Shown here: in pieces, positions 26,110-35,974 of the stretch
How the letters are laid out: each line of letters begins with the position of its first letter
Position numbering within the stretch: position 1 is the stretch's first letter
The notes under the pieces: generated by a model
What the model was told of the DNA's origin: nothing
Database searches by the model: none
Seen by the model: the letters and a program-made list of their open reading frames with translations, nothing else
Assembly (NCBI GenBank): GCA_039714715.1
Contig: JBDLIU010000001.1
Coordinates: 1-59,567 of the forward strand
From: Bacteroidota bacterium
GTDB taxonomy: Bacteria > Bacteroidota > Bacteroidia > Cytophagales > Cyclobacteriaceae
Direction of reading: 5' to 3'
Length of the DNA: 59,567 nucleotides
Made by a program: the position numbers and the translations under genes

Positions 26110-27921
26110 ATGATAACTAGAATTAGAAATAAGAGCATCGCAGTTTTTGTTATTGGACTGCTCATAAGTTTTAGCGCCTGTAAGCCTGAAACAAATCCTG
26201 AAATTACAGTTGAAGACTTAAAAGCTTCTTTAACATACCTGGCTTCCGATTCGTTGCAAGGAAGGTTACCCGGTAGTGAAGGAGGTCAGTTGGCAGGCGA
26301 TTTTATAGCAGAACAATTTAACGTTTATGGACTTGTACCTGCCGGTGACGATGGTTATTTCCAGAATTTTGACGTAGTAACCGGTACAGAAGCTCCGGCT
26401 GGAGAGAATAGTTTAAAAGTTGGAGAAGAGACAGCTGAGCTGAACAAGGACTATACACCACTTAGCTATTCAACTGATGGAACAGTGAAAGCAGAGGTGG
26501 CATTTGTTGGTTATGGTTTTGATATTGATCTGGATAGTCTTCAATGGTATGATTATAACGATATTGATGTTGATGGCAAATGGGTTTTGGTATTGAGGAA
26601 TGATCCTGAGATCAGGAATCCTAATAGTTTATTTATTCCTTACTCAGGAGAGAAGTCAAAAGTAATCACAGCCAAAGAAAAGGGTGCCAAAGGGATTCTA
26701 TTGGTTGCCGGAGCTAAAGTTTCAAGAAAGGATGTTTTAATGGAACTGGAAATTGACCAGACTGAATCTAATCTGGGTATTCCAGCAATCAATATTACCC
26801 GTGAATTTGCGAATAAAATTCTGGCCAATGATGGTAAAACAATTGAAGAACTGGAAGGTGGTTTAGTTGAGGCAATGCAACCGAACTCATTTGTTATAAA
26901 TGCTGAATTAGAAGGAACATCTAAAGTGGCGTTTCAGAAAACAGGAACCAGGAATGTGATTGGTCTTATAGAAGGATCTGATCCTGAATTGAAATCAGAA
27001 TATGTTGTAGTAGGAGCCCATTATGATCATTTAGGATGGGGTGGTACAACCACATCATCAAGAGCCCCTGAACTGCATGATATACATTATGGAGCAGACG
27101 ATAATGGTTCCGGGACTTCGGGAATTATGGAAATGGCAGATAAGCTGATCAATGCAGACCTAAAGCGCAGTGTTCTGATCATGGCTTTTGGTGCCGAAGA
27201 GATTGGAACGATTGGTTCAAGGTATTTCACCAAGAATCCAACAATTGATAAAGACAAGATTGTTGCCATGGTTAATCTCGATATGATAGGAAGATTAAAA
27301 GAATCCAAAGAATTAACCGTTAGTGGTGTAGGAACTTCGAAAGAAGGAGAGAAATTGCTTAACGATATCTTAAATGAAAAAGAAAGAGATTTGGTTTTAG
27401 GTGTTGAATACAACGGTTTTGGGCCTTCTGACCATGCAGTTTTTTATGTTGAGGATATCCCGGTATTTTTCTTTAATACAGGTCCCCATGATGATTACCA
27501 CACACCAAGAGATGTAGTGGAACAGATCAATTTTGAAGGACTTAAAAGAGTAACAGAGTACGCCTATGACCTAACGGCAAACCTTATCAACAGAGATTCT
27601 GTGTTAACCTTTCAAGAAGCCGGACCAAAAGGTAGGGCAAAGAATACCAGGTCAGGTAAAGTGCGGTTAGGAATTATGCCCAACTTTGGTAAGTCGGACA
27701 TAGATGGATTACGTGTTGATGGTGTTACCAAAGGTTCTGCAGCCGACAGGGGAGGAATGGAAAAAGGAGACATTATTGTTGGAATTGCAGGAAAAGAAGT
27801 ACACAATATTTATGAGTATATGGCACGGATGACTAAAATCAGACCTGGACAAACCATTACCGTTGATATTATGAGAAATGGGAACAAAGAAGTCTTAATA
27901 GTACAGATAGATCAGGATTAA
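26110..27921 (+). CDS. M28-family aminopeptidase lipoprotein with PA insert and C-terminal PDZ domain
   Basis: Lipobox SFSAC. M28 metal-ligand motifs are present: GAHYDHLGWGG, GADDNGSG, FGAEEIGTIGS, NLDMIG. The PDZ-like tail reads GLRVDGVTKGSAADRGGMEKGDIIVGIAGKEV. Confidence 0.85.
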   Translation: MITRIRNKSIAVFVIGLLISFSACKPETNPEITVEDLKASLTYLASDSLQGRLPGSEGGQLAGDFIAEQFNVYGLVPAGDDGYFQNFDVVTGTEAPAGENSLKVGEETAELNKDYTPLSYSTDGTVKAEVAFVGYGFDIDLDSLQWYDYNDIDVDGKWVLVLRNDPEIRNPNSLFIPYSGEKSKVITAKEKGAKGILLVAGAKVSRKDVLMELEIDQTESNLGIPAINITREFANKILANDGKTIEELEGGLVEAMQPNSFVINAELEGTSKVAFQKTGTRNVIGLIEGSDPELKSEYVVVGAHYDHLGWGGTTTSSRAPELHDIHYGADDNGSGTSGIMEMADKLINADLKRSVLIMAFGAEEIGTIGSRYFTKNPTIDKDKIVAMVNLDMIGRLKESKELTVSGVGTSKEGEKLLNDILNEKERDLVLGVEYNGFGPSDHAVFYVEDIPVFFFNTGPHDDYHTPRDVVEQINFEGLKRVTEYAYDLTANLINRDSVLTFQEAGPKGRAKNTRSGKVRLGIMPNFGKSDIDGLRVDGVTKGSAADRGGMEKGDIIVGIAGKEVHNIYEYMARMTKIRPGQTITVDIMRNGNKEVLIVQIDQD

Positions 27922-27987
27922 ACAAAATGCTACTCTACTCGTTATTAATGGTACTTTAAACGTTATAACTTTAATCTAATGTATATT

Positions 27988-27995
27988 TAGTTTTG
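27988..27995 (+). promoter_or_regulatory. Bacteroidota-type -7 box upstream of the ChaN-like gene
   Basis: TAGTTTTG is an exact TAnnTTTG match, 41 nt upstream of the ATG at 28037. No good -33 element was seen. Confidence 0.35.
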
Positions 27996-28036
27996 TATCT
28001 CACAATTGCTAATAACAAACCTTAAATAAAATTAAA

Positions 28037-28918
28037 ATGAAAAAATTAGTTGTCTTATTAACAGTTTCATTTGTTTCTGTATTTGTTGCTGTTGCACAGG
28101 ATAAACCTGCCTATCAACTCTATAACCAAAAGGGAAAGATCACCAAGTACGACAAGATGATAATAGACCTGGCGGAAAGTGATATGGTCTTTTTTGGAGA
28201 GTATCATCAAAACCCAATATCTCACTGGTTACAAATTGAAATGACCAAAAGCTTTTATGAGATAAAAGGAGATAAACTGTTTTTAGGAGCAGAGATGTTT
28301 GAAAATGGGAACCAGCTTGTTTTAGATGAATATTTGGCTGGATTTTATGAAGAGAAGAAAATGCTTCCTGAATTAACTCAATTATGGACAAACTATAAAA
28401 CTGACTATAAGCCATTAGTTGAGTTTGCCAAGGATAACAATCTACGTTTTATTGCAACCAATATTCCAAGAAGATATGCTTCTATGATCAATAAGAAGGG
28501 AATAGAATGCTTGATGGATTTAAGTCCGGAAGCCAGGGCAATGATTGGCCCTGATTTAAAAGATAAATTCGATACTTTGGTATACGCTGATATGAAAGAT
28601 GCAATGGGAGGGCATATTCCACCAAACATGCTTAATATCCAAACAGCACAGGCTGCAAAGGATGCTACAATGGCACATTTTTCACTAAAAAACTTTAATG
28701 AAGGAGATTTCTTGTTCCATTTTGAAGGAGCCTATCATTCTAATTATTATAGAGGTATAATCTGGTGGATAAACCAATACAAACCAGGATATAATATAAA
28801 ATCTATTACAACCCTTGACCAATCAGAATGGGATGAAATGACAGATGAGGATAAGGCTACAATTGCTAACTATATAATAGTTGTTCCTGATAATATGACT
28901 AAAACAAGTAGAAAATAA
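28037..28918 (+). CDS. ChaN-family haem-binding / haem-uptake protein (Cofac_haem_bdg, Tiki superfamily)
   Basis: Signal peptide. Family-typical motifs: MVFFGEYHQNPISHWLQ, LGAEMFENGNQLVLDEY, NIPRRYASMI, AQAAKDATMAH. It sits immediately upstream of a TonB-dependent receptor, as chaN does with chaR. Confidence 0.75.
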   Translation: MKKLVVLLTVSFVSVFVAVAQDKPAYQLYNQKGKITKYDKMIIDLAESDMVFFGEYHQNPISHWLQIEMTKSFYEIKGDKLFLGAEMFENGNQLVLDEYLAGFYEEKKMLPELTQLWTNYKTDYKPLVEFAKDNNLRFIATNIPRRYASMINKKGIECLMDLSPEARAMIGPDLKDKFDTLVYADMKDAMGGHIPPNMLNIQTAQAAKDATMAHFSLKNFNEGDFLFHFEGAYHSNYYRGIIWWINQYKPGYNIKSITTLDQSEWDEMTDEDKATIANYIIVVPDNMTKTSRK

Positions 28919-28936
28919 TCATATAAAATCAAGTTG

Positions 28937-31186
28937 ATGAAGCTACAACCCGTCTCCATTGCTATACTTTTAATCTCACTTTTATCTCAGGCTAGTGTTT
29001 TTGGGCAGAACACTAGCATTAAACTGGTTAATAGTAGCAATGAACCTGTTCCATTTGCTAATGTGGCCCTCTATAAAGTTGATGGAGGTTTGCTGAAAGG
29101 AATGGTAACAGACAATAATGGCGTGGCCAGGTTTGATTTGAATCAGATAGTTAATTATGAAGTCTCTTTTGTTGGGTACCAAACCCTTGAAGGTCAAATT
29201 AACAAGGGCGAAAATCTTTCACTCGAGATGGTTGAAGAGCTGGATATGCTAGATGCTATTGTAGTAACCGGCCAATATGGACCACAAAAAGCTGATCAAT
29301 CGATCTACAAAATAGATGTAGTGGACGATAAGCAATTGGAACAAAGGGGTGTAAACAACCTGGCTGAAGCACTTAGTCAGCAAACCTTTATTCGGTTATC
29401 CAATGATCCTGCAACTGGAACTTCAATTAAACTCCAGGGCATGGGGGGTGAAAATGTAAAATACCTGATCGATGGGGTACCAATTGTAGGCAGAGTTAAT
29501 GGTAATATTGATTTATCACAAATTAACATGGATAATGTTGATCATATTGAGATTGTGCAGGGACCAATGTCTGTAGTTTATGGTACCAGTGCATTGGCAG
29601 GAGTGATCAATATTATTACAAAGAAAAATACGGCTAGAAGAAATATGCTCAAGGCAAATGGATATGCTGATAATAAAACTAACTATAAGTTTGGTTTTTA
29701 TGGTTCAGCTATAAGAGGCAAGCATAGTTTAAACCTTTCAGGTAACAGGAATATATTTCAGGGTATAGACATTGACCTTCGTCTTGAAGAAGGCAATACT
29801 ACCGGAACTAACCGTTATATGGAGTATAAACCAAAACTGGTTTACAACGGAAATCTTGATTATAGCTTCACAAAGAATGATCGAAAAATTAGTGTGAAAA
29901 CTGATTATATGCGCTCTGAAGTTCGAAACTATTCAAATGCAAACATAAATACGGCATCAGCCATAGATCAAAATTATATTACTAACAGATCTACTAATAG
30001 TCTTACAATCAATGATAAAATTGGTGAAAATCTTTCTTATAATTTTATTGGGGCTTATACCTATTTCCTTAGGAATAGTGAATATATATATGCGGATTTG
30101 TCAGAATTAACTTATACAATATTTGATACCAGAACTACGCTTTTTAAGAATGGAATGACAAGAGGTAATTTCACCTATACACCGAAAGAAATTAACTTTA
30201 ATTTCCAGTTTGGATGGGATATTAATTATGATAGAGGCACAGGCGATAGGGTGGATAATGAAAAGGCCAAAATGGGAGATTTTGCTGCATTCGCCAGTGC
30301 ACAATGGGCCCCATTACAAGGTTTGTCATTACAACCCGGTTTAAGGTTTATCCATAACACCTCGTTTCAGGCGCCATTGATCCCGTCAATAAATTTGCAA
30401 TGGGAGATTATCAACAATCTTAATTTCAGGTTATCCTATGCAAAAGGATTTAGGGCCCCATCTTTAAAAGAGCTATATCTCGATTTTCATGATTCAAACC
30501 ATAACCTGACCGGTAACCCGGACCTTAAAGCTGAAACTACAGACAGTTATAATAGCTCATTTACATATAAAATAAAATGGGATAAAACTCTGTTGAAATT
30601 CGAACCATCCTTCTATTATAACAATGGAAGAGATGTAATTACAATGATTGTAACGGACGATGAAGCCAATGCTGCCACCAACACTAACCTGGGAGGAAGA
30701 AAAACCCTGGGCGCCAATTTTAATGTCACCTTTGTTCATTTTGGTGGTTTAAACTTATCAGCGGGTTACAGCCTTACTGGCGAATCTTTTGCGGATGAGG
30801 AGATATCGGCAACTACGGGGGAATCTATCTACAATTGGAGGGATCAGGTTAATTATAGTAATTACACATTTAATGCAAAGTATAGTTATGATCCATTTAA
30901 GGTGGTGATTATGGCTAATTACAAACTATATGGTGAAACACCACGTCTTGCATTTTCAGATATTAATCCAGGGGAGCTATATTATGTTAATACCGAATCG
31001 TATAATATGCTTGAGGTTACAATAAGTAAACAGTTGCTTAATGATAAGTTAAATCTTGTATTAGGAGGTAAAAACCTATTCGATATATATACTTCTCGTA
31101 CTGTTGGGTATGAAGATGGTTACGTTGGGGAAAGCCCCATTAACTATGGTCGCACCTATTTTGTCAGAGCTAATTTTAAGTTTTAA
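28937..31186 (+). CDS. TonB-dependent outer-membrane receptor with N-terminal carboxypeptidase-regulatory-like domain (haem/iron receptor candidate)
   Basis: Signal peptide. CarbopepD_reg-like region IKLVNSSNEPVPFANVALYKVDG...TDNNGVARF, then plug motifs IVVTGQ, IEIVQGPMSVVYGTSALAGVINIITK, then a long barrel ending NFKF. The track start at 28934 is TTG; the ATG at 28937 is used. Confidence 0.9.
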   Translation: MKLQPVSIAILLISLLSQASVFGQNTSIKLVNSSNEPVPFANVALYKVDGGLLKGMVTDNNGVARFDLNQIVNYEVSFVGYQTLEGQINKGENLSLEMVEELDMLDAIVVTGQYGPQKADQSIYKIDVVDDKQLEQRGVNNLAEALSQQTFIRLSNDPATGTSIKLQGMGGENVKYLIDGVPIVGRVNGNIDLSQINMDNVDHIEIVQGPMSVVYGTSALAGVINIITKKNTARRNMLKANGYADNKTNYKFGFYGSAIRGKHSLNLSGNRNIFQGIDIDLRLEEGNTTGTNRYMEYKPKLVYNGNLDYSFTKNDRKISVKTDYMRSEVRNYSNANINTASAIDQNYITNRSTNSLTINDKIGENLSYNFIGAYTYFLRNSEYIYADLSELTYTIFDTRTTLFKNGMTRGNFTYTPKEINFNFQFGWDINYDRGTGDRVDNEKAKMGDFAAFASAQWAPLQGLSLQPGLRFIHNTSFQAPLIPSINLQWEIINNLNFRLSYAKGFRAPSLKELYLDFHDSNHNLTGNPDLKAETTDSYNSSFTYKIKWDKTLLKFEPSFYYNNGRDVITMIVTDDEANAATNTNLGGRKTLGANFNVTFVHFGGLNLSAGYSLTGESFADEEISATTGESIYNWRDQVNYSNYTFNAKYSYDPFKVVIMANYKLYGETPRLAFSDINPGELYYVNTESYNMLEVTISKQLLNDKLNLVLGGKNLFDIYTSRTVGYEDGYVGESPINYGRTYFVRANFKF

Positions 31187-31192
31187 CAATTA

Positions 31193-32224
31193 ATGAACCT
31201 GTATATGAAAAAGTTATATTCTTATTTATCAGTATTAACAGTATCAGTTTCATTGATTGCTTGTTTTCCAGAAATTGATAAGGTGCCGATGGAAAAACCA
31301 TCAGAGACCATTATTACTGCACAGAGTAGTATCTATAATACAATTACTTTCTTTAAGATTTATGAAAACATAACAGCAGAAGTAGTCTCACATGAGTTGG
31401 GTACATGGGATATGGCTTTTCAGTCAGCCATGCCGGGAGATATAGTATTATTAAATTATACAGTGTCTGCCAGAGCAATAAGAACCGGTACTTCAGATTT
31501 TTCTGCGGTTGATAAGAATACTGTTAATGAATTATTTAATGCCGATGGCTGGATGTTTAATGATCCTGCCTATTCCAACAACGGGGATTCTACAGCTTTA
31601 AAAGACTGGGAAGATGAGGAGGTATATCTTGTTTATCGCGGGAGCGCCAGTCTGCCTGATGAAGCATACTATAAGGTTCAATTTATTTCAAAAACACAGG
31701 AAGCGTATACATTCAAATATGCTCATGTAGAGGATACACAGGAATATGAAATGACTATTAACAGAACTTTTGGATTAGCCAATGTCTATTTCTCTTTTGA
31801 AGATCATAAGGTTGTTGACTATGAGCCCAACATCAATGATTGGGAGTTCTATTTTACACCTTATTTTGGATGGTATGAAACCCTTGACCCTGGTATATAT
31901 TCGCCTTATAATGTAAAGGGTGTAATGATAAATAATGAGGGAGGAGTCATGGTATCTCAAGTGTTTGATGAAGCAATTGCCTATGAAGATATTGATTTAG
32001 CAATGGCAATGGAATTGGAATATACCGACTGGAAGGGAGCAATAGGTTCAACCTGGAAAAATCTTCCTCCTTCAGATGGCTCAGGAGGGTATACAATGGA
32101 TACGAAAAAGAAATATGTAATAAAGTTGAGTGATGGTAATATCTATAAACTTAGGTTTTTAGATTATTACAATAATGAAGGAGAGAAGGGCTATACTTCT
32201 TTTGAAATGATTTTACTAGAGTAA
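31193..32224 (+). CDS. HmuY-like lipoprotein (hemophore family candidate)
   Basis: Lipobox SLIAC. GTWDMAFQ matches the NWDMALHRY region of P. gingivalis HmuY as I recall it. The C-terminal IYKLRFLDYYNNEGEKGYTSFEM matches IAKVQFTDYQDAELKKGVITFTY. It lies directly after the TonB-dependent receptor. Confidence 0.55.
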   Translation: MNLYMKKLYSYLSVLTVSVSLIACFPEIDKVPMEKPSETIITAQSSIYNTITFFKIYENITAEVVSHELGTWDMAFQSAMPGDIVLLNYTVSARAIRTGTSDFSAVDKNTVNELFNADGWMFNDPAYSNNGDSTALKDWEDEEVYLVYRGSASLPDEAYYKVQFISKTQEAYTFKYAHVEDTQEYEMTINRTFGLANVYFSFEDHKVVDYEPNINDWEFYFTPYFGWYETLDPGIYSPYNVKGVMINNEGGVMVSQVFDEAIAYEDIDLAMAMELEYTDWKGAIGSTWKNLPPSDGSGGYTMDTKKKYVIKLSDGNIYKLRFLDYYNNEGEKGYTSFEMILLE

Positions 32225-32264
32225 CTAACAAATACAATTAATTATAATTTAAACACGCAAATTC

Positions 32265-33062
32265 ATGAAAAGAGCAATTTTAATGATGATGGCTACAGTG
32301 GCATTTTTGACTAGCTGTACAGAAGATCCGACTCCACCAAGTGCAGGATTTACTTTAAGCAGTGATTTCGCTGTACAATGGGATATGGTAACGGTGACTG
32401 AATCTGCCACAGGTGCAGAATCAACCTCTTATACTGTTTCTGGTGGTGCATATGAGATGGACGATGCAACACTTACTATCCAGTTTTTAGATGCAGCAAC
32501 ATACACAGTTACCCAAACAGCTACTAATGCTGATGGCACTGATGAAGTTTCTGTTGATATTGTAGTTACAGCACCAGATAACACTTATACGCTTGAAGGT
32601 ACTGATTATACAATCGGAACATCGACTAATCCAAATGCATTTTGGTATGATGCTTCTGCTATGGGCGGTACAATCTATATTAGAATGTTAGGCGATGTGT
32701 CCGGCCAGGATAACCCTAATCTAATTAAGTTATACTCTGTTGCAGGACCTAATCCTATTGAAGCTACCTATACATGGAGTGATTCAGGCGATATTGGAAC
32801 CTATGATGCTGGTATGACTGCCAACTATGCCGGTATGGCTTATGACTGGACCTCGAATGGAACTGACGGTGGAGATCTGGTAATCGAGTTAGTCTATGAA
32901 GATACTGCTGATGCTACAAATAATGTATATGATATTACACTTGCATTATACACTCTAAATGCAGGAAGTTGGAATTTTGCAGTAAGCCCTCCAACCTGGA
33001 CAACTATAGGAGATAAAACTTTAGCTGTGTCATATAGAGGAAAAATTGATCCTGTTAACTAA
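32265..33062 (+). CDS. acidic Thr-rich lipoprotein with PKD-like Ig fold
   Basis: Lipobox LTSC followed by TEDP. The segment FTLSSDFAVQWDMVTVTESATGAESTSYTVSGG...YTVTQTATNADGTDEVSVDIVV resembles a PKD domain. Confidence 0.5.
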   Translation: MKRAILMMMATVAFLTSCTEDPTPPSAGFTLSSDFAVQWDMVTVTESATGAESTSYTVSGGAYEMDDATLTIQFLDAATYTVTQTATNADGTDEVSVDIVVTAPDNTYTLEGTDYTIGTSTNPNAFWYDASAMGGTIYIRMLGDVSGQDNPNLIKLYSVAGPNPIEATYTWSDSGDIGTYDAGMTANYAGMAYDWTSNGTDGGDLVIELVYEDTADATNNVYDITLALYTLNAGSWNFAVSPPTWTTIGDKTLAVSYRGKIDPVN

Positions 33063-33153
33063 ATAATTAGAAATAATATAATAATCCGGTTAAGGCTAGT
33101 TCAATTATTGGATTATCCTTTCCGGATTTTTTTATGTTTGTTAAATTTGATAT

Positions 33154-34086
33154 ATGAAGTCTTTATCAATCATACTATTGCTAACCAGCTTAAGCACAGT
33201 TTTAATAGCTCAAACCATCGGCACAACAGAAGCCGGTTTTACAGATGGGGATGAACCAAGGTTAGACAAACCTATACGGTTGTCTTCCTACAAAGATGGC
33301 GCTATCCTTTTTGCAGATTTTAACAACAATGCTATTCGTGTTGCAAATAAAGAGGGAGAGGTTAAAACATTAATTGGCGGACCTGATACAAAAGGATTCA
33401 AGGATGGCTGGGCTACCGAAGCACTCTTGGCTGGCCTTCATGGCGTAGCCTATGATGTAAAAAATGATATCATTTATACAGTAAGTGCCAGTAATAATGT
33501 GATCAGGAAAATTCATAATCGTAAAGGAGGGTATTATGTTGAAACCATTGCCGGCAACCAGAAGGAGAAAGGATTTCAGGATGGAGAGGCTATGACTGCC
33601 AGGTTTAACTCATTGCACCAAATACTGGTAGGAGAAAATGGAGAGATATATGTGCTGGATATTGGCAATGCTAAAGTGAGGATGTTTAAGGATGGTACAG
33701 TTTCGACAATTGCAGGGAACGATTCCATTTCACCCTTGCAGGCAGATTTTAAATACCCTATCGATATGGCTTTCGATGGCAAGGATATTGTAATTTGTGA
33801 TGCTGGTAATGCAAACATTTACCGATTAGTTTTGGGAGAAAGAGTTGAGAAGCTCAAATTGGATACTCCCCTCCAGATGCCCCATGGTATCAGCAGTGAC
33901 AACCAGGGCACATTGTATATCGCGGATATGGGTGCTAATAAGATACTGAAGATAGAGTCAGATAAAAAGGTAACAGTAATTGAAGATAAAAACCTTAACA
34001 AGCCTGCAGCTGTTTTGGTTGATGGAGACCTGCTTTGGATTGCTGACTTATATAATCATCAGATAAAATACCTTAAAGTAAACTAA
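33154..34086 (+). CDS. secreted NHL/SMP-30-like six-bladed beta-propeller protein
   Basis: Signal peptide. Blades: IYVLDIGNAKVRMFKDG, IVICDAGNANIYRLV, LYIADMGANKILKIE, LWIADLYNHQIKYLKV. Confidence 0.7.
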   Translation: MKSLSIILLLTSLSTVLIAQTIGTTEAGFTDGDEPRLDKPIRLSSYKDGAILFADFNNNAIRVANKEGEVKTLIGGPDTKGFKDGWATEALLAGLHGVAYDVKNDIIYTVSASNNVIRKIHNRKGGYYVETIAGNQKEKGFQDGEAMTARFNSLHQILVGENGEIYVLDIGNAKVRMFKDGTVSTIAGNDSISPLQADFKYPIDMAFDGKDIVICDAGNANIYRLVLGERVEKLKLDTPLQMPHGISSDNQGTLYIADMGANKILKIESDKKVTVIEDKNLNKPAAVLVDGDLLWIADLYNHQIKYLKVN

Positions 34087-35375
34087 CTGGCAATTAACTC
34101 TTCAATTGAGGAAACCAGTAAATCAAGTTCTTTTATGGTAGTATATAAATGAGGGGTAACCCTTACACCCTGAATTGATTTTCTATTGATGCCAACCGTA
34201 AATATTTTGTGTTTATTGTAAAGGTAATCTGCTATCTCATTGGGTTTCTTACCTTCAATAGTAAAATTGGCTAAACCACAAGATCTTTCATCTTCCATTG
34301 GCGTATTGATAATTACCTTTGGCAGGTCTTTTACTCTATCAATCCAGTAGTTCTTAAGGTATCTAAGCCTTTCTTCTTTACGCTTACTGCCTATGCTATT
34401 ATGAAATTTAATAGCAGAAGCAATGGTTAAATTGGTTGAAACAGGGTGTGTGCCAATATGACCAAACTTTTCTATTGAGTCAATATCCTGGCTTGTGTCT
34501 CCAAACAAAGGCCAGACTTTTGCAATCTTCTCTTTTTTCATATGCAAGATGCCGGAGCCCAATGGGCAGCACAACCATTTATGAAGACTAGCACCATAAT
34601 AATCGCCATCCAGGTCAGGTATTTTATAATCTAAATGGGCAAATGAATGAGCGGCATCAACTATCACTTCAATTCCCTTTGAGTGTGCCATATCAGCAAT
34701 GGCTCTAACTGGTAGTATTTGACCAGTTAAATTAATTAAATGGGTTACGTGAATAACTTTGGTCTTTTTTGTGATCGCTTGTTCAAATGCATCTACTATT
34801 TCATTATCGTTTTTTGGATGAAGCGGTATAGAAATAATCTTGTTCACGATTCCAAATCTCCTTGCACGCATCTCGAATGTTTCCAGCATGCTTCCATAAT
34901 CCTGATCAGTCATAATTGCTTCGTCACCTTCCTTTAGGTCCATTCCCAGAATAATGGTATCTAAAGATTCTGTAGTATTTCTAGTTACAATTAATTCTTC
35001 AACAGGTACACCTGCAAAATCTGCCAGCTGCTTTCTGATAGCCAGTTTATCCTCCCACTGTTTTCTTCTCATATAAAAAGAAGGTTGCTCGTTGATCAGC
35101 TTGATATTATCGAACTGGCTTTCCATTACCTCAATGGGTTGAGGACTGAAATAACCGCTTTCAAGGTTAATAAAATGAGGAGATTGTTTATAGGCTTTTT
35201 GAACAAGATACCAAAAGCCTTCATCCTGAGCAACCTGTTTAGCACTCAGATGATTTAGTTTTTTACTGGTTTTTTCTACCTGGTTTGCGAGTAGGGGATT
35301 AAATCCTGCTAAAACGGATAATCCGATTCCTGCACTGCTGGTTTTTCGAATAAAATCTCTTCTAGATTGCTGCAT
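34083..35375 (-). CDS. Tat-signal class-V aminotransferase-fold PLP enzyme (cysteine desulfurase / epimerase-like)
   Basis: Twin-arginine signal MQQSRRDFIRKTSSAGIGLSVLAG. PLP-lysine context GASLHKW. The overall length and DAAH motif fit the class-V fold. Confidence 0.8.
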   Translation of the reverse strand: MQQSRRDFIRKTSSAGIGLSVLAGFNPLLANQVEKTSKKLNHLSAKQVAQDEGFWYLVQKAYKQSPHFINLESGYFSPQPIEVMESQFDNIKLINEQPSFYMRRKQWEDKLAIRKQLADFAGVPVEELIVTRNTTESLDTIILGMDLKEGDEAIMTDQDYGSMLETFEMRARRFGIVNKIISIPLHPKNDNEIVDAFEQAITKKTKVIHVTHLINLTGQILPVRAIADMAHSKGIEVIVDAAHSFAHLDYKIPDLDGDYYGASLHKWLCCPLGSGILHMKKEKIAKVWPLFGDTSQDIDSIEKFGHIGTHPVSTNLTIASAIKFHNSIGSKRKEERLRYLKNYWIDRVKDLPKVIINTPMEDERSCGLANFTIEGKKPNEIADYLYNKHKIFTVGINRKSIQGVRVTPHLYTTIKELDLLVSSIEELIAS

Positions 35376-35416
35376 AGCAGCAAATTACAGAAATATATGT
35401 AGAAATGAAATGATAC

Positions 35417-35911
35417 CTATTTTTTACTGGTCTTATGACTTTTTATTACGATAACACCATTTCTGCCTCTTTCACCATAAAAATTAGTTTCGCTAAGGCT
35501 TTTTAGCACTCTTACAGACTTAATAGTAGATCTATCAATAGCATTATTAGCTTTTGTGTAATCACGACCTAATTCTACACCATCATAAACAAATAAAGGA
35601 CGAGTATCTAGCTGCATAGAATTCATGCCTCTTATTTGCACAGAAGCATATTGACCTGTCCCAGATACAACAACACCTGGTTGCTGTCTTAAAATATCGG
35701 CCAGGCTTGTATATCTGGAGTAATCTCTTGCAGCTTTTCTGGCTTCTTCAGTCTGTTTCCTTTTTTCTTCTTTAGTAGCTTTTTTTCTTGCTTTTTTTTC
35801 TTCCTTTAGTTCGGCTTTAGATTTTTCTTGGGTTTCATTTTGTGCGTAAGATGTTGAACCTGCAAAAATTAATGCTAGAATAACAACTACCAGGATATTG
35901 AGCTTTTTCAT
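35417..35911 (-). CDS. small secreted protein consisting of a Lys/Glu-rich linker plus a stand-alone TonB-dependent-receptor plug-like domain
   Basis: Signal peptide from the ATG at 35911 (MKKLNILVVVILALIFAG). LADILRQQPGVVVSGTGQYASVQIRGMNS...PLFVYDGVELG...IKSVRVLKSLSETNFYGERGRNGVIVIKSHK matches the N-terminal plug consensus of SusC/TonB receptors. No barrel follows. Confidence 0.6.
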   Translation of the reverse strand: MKKLNILVVVILALIFAGSTSYAQNETQEKSKAELKEEKKARKKATKEEKRKQTEEARKAARDYSRYTSLADILRQQPGVVVSGTGQYASVQIRGMNSMQLDTRPLFVYDGVELGRDYTKANNAIDRSTIKSVRVLKSLSETNFYGERGRNGVIVIKSHKTSKK

Positions 35912-35974
35912 TTTGGTTGGATTTGGATTAATACTGTTATATCTAACGATCATGTTAATAAAATGTTTTTATCT

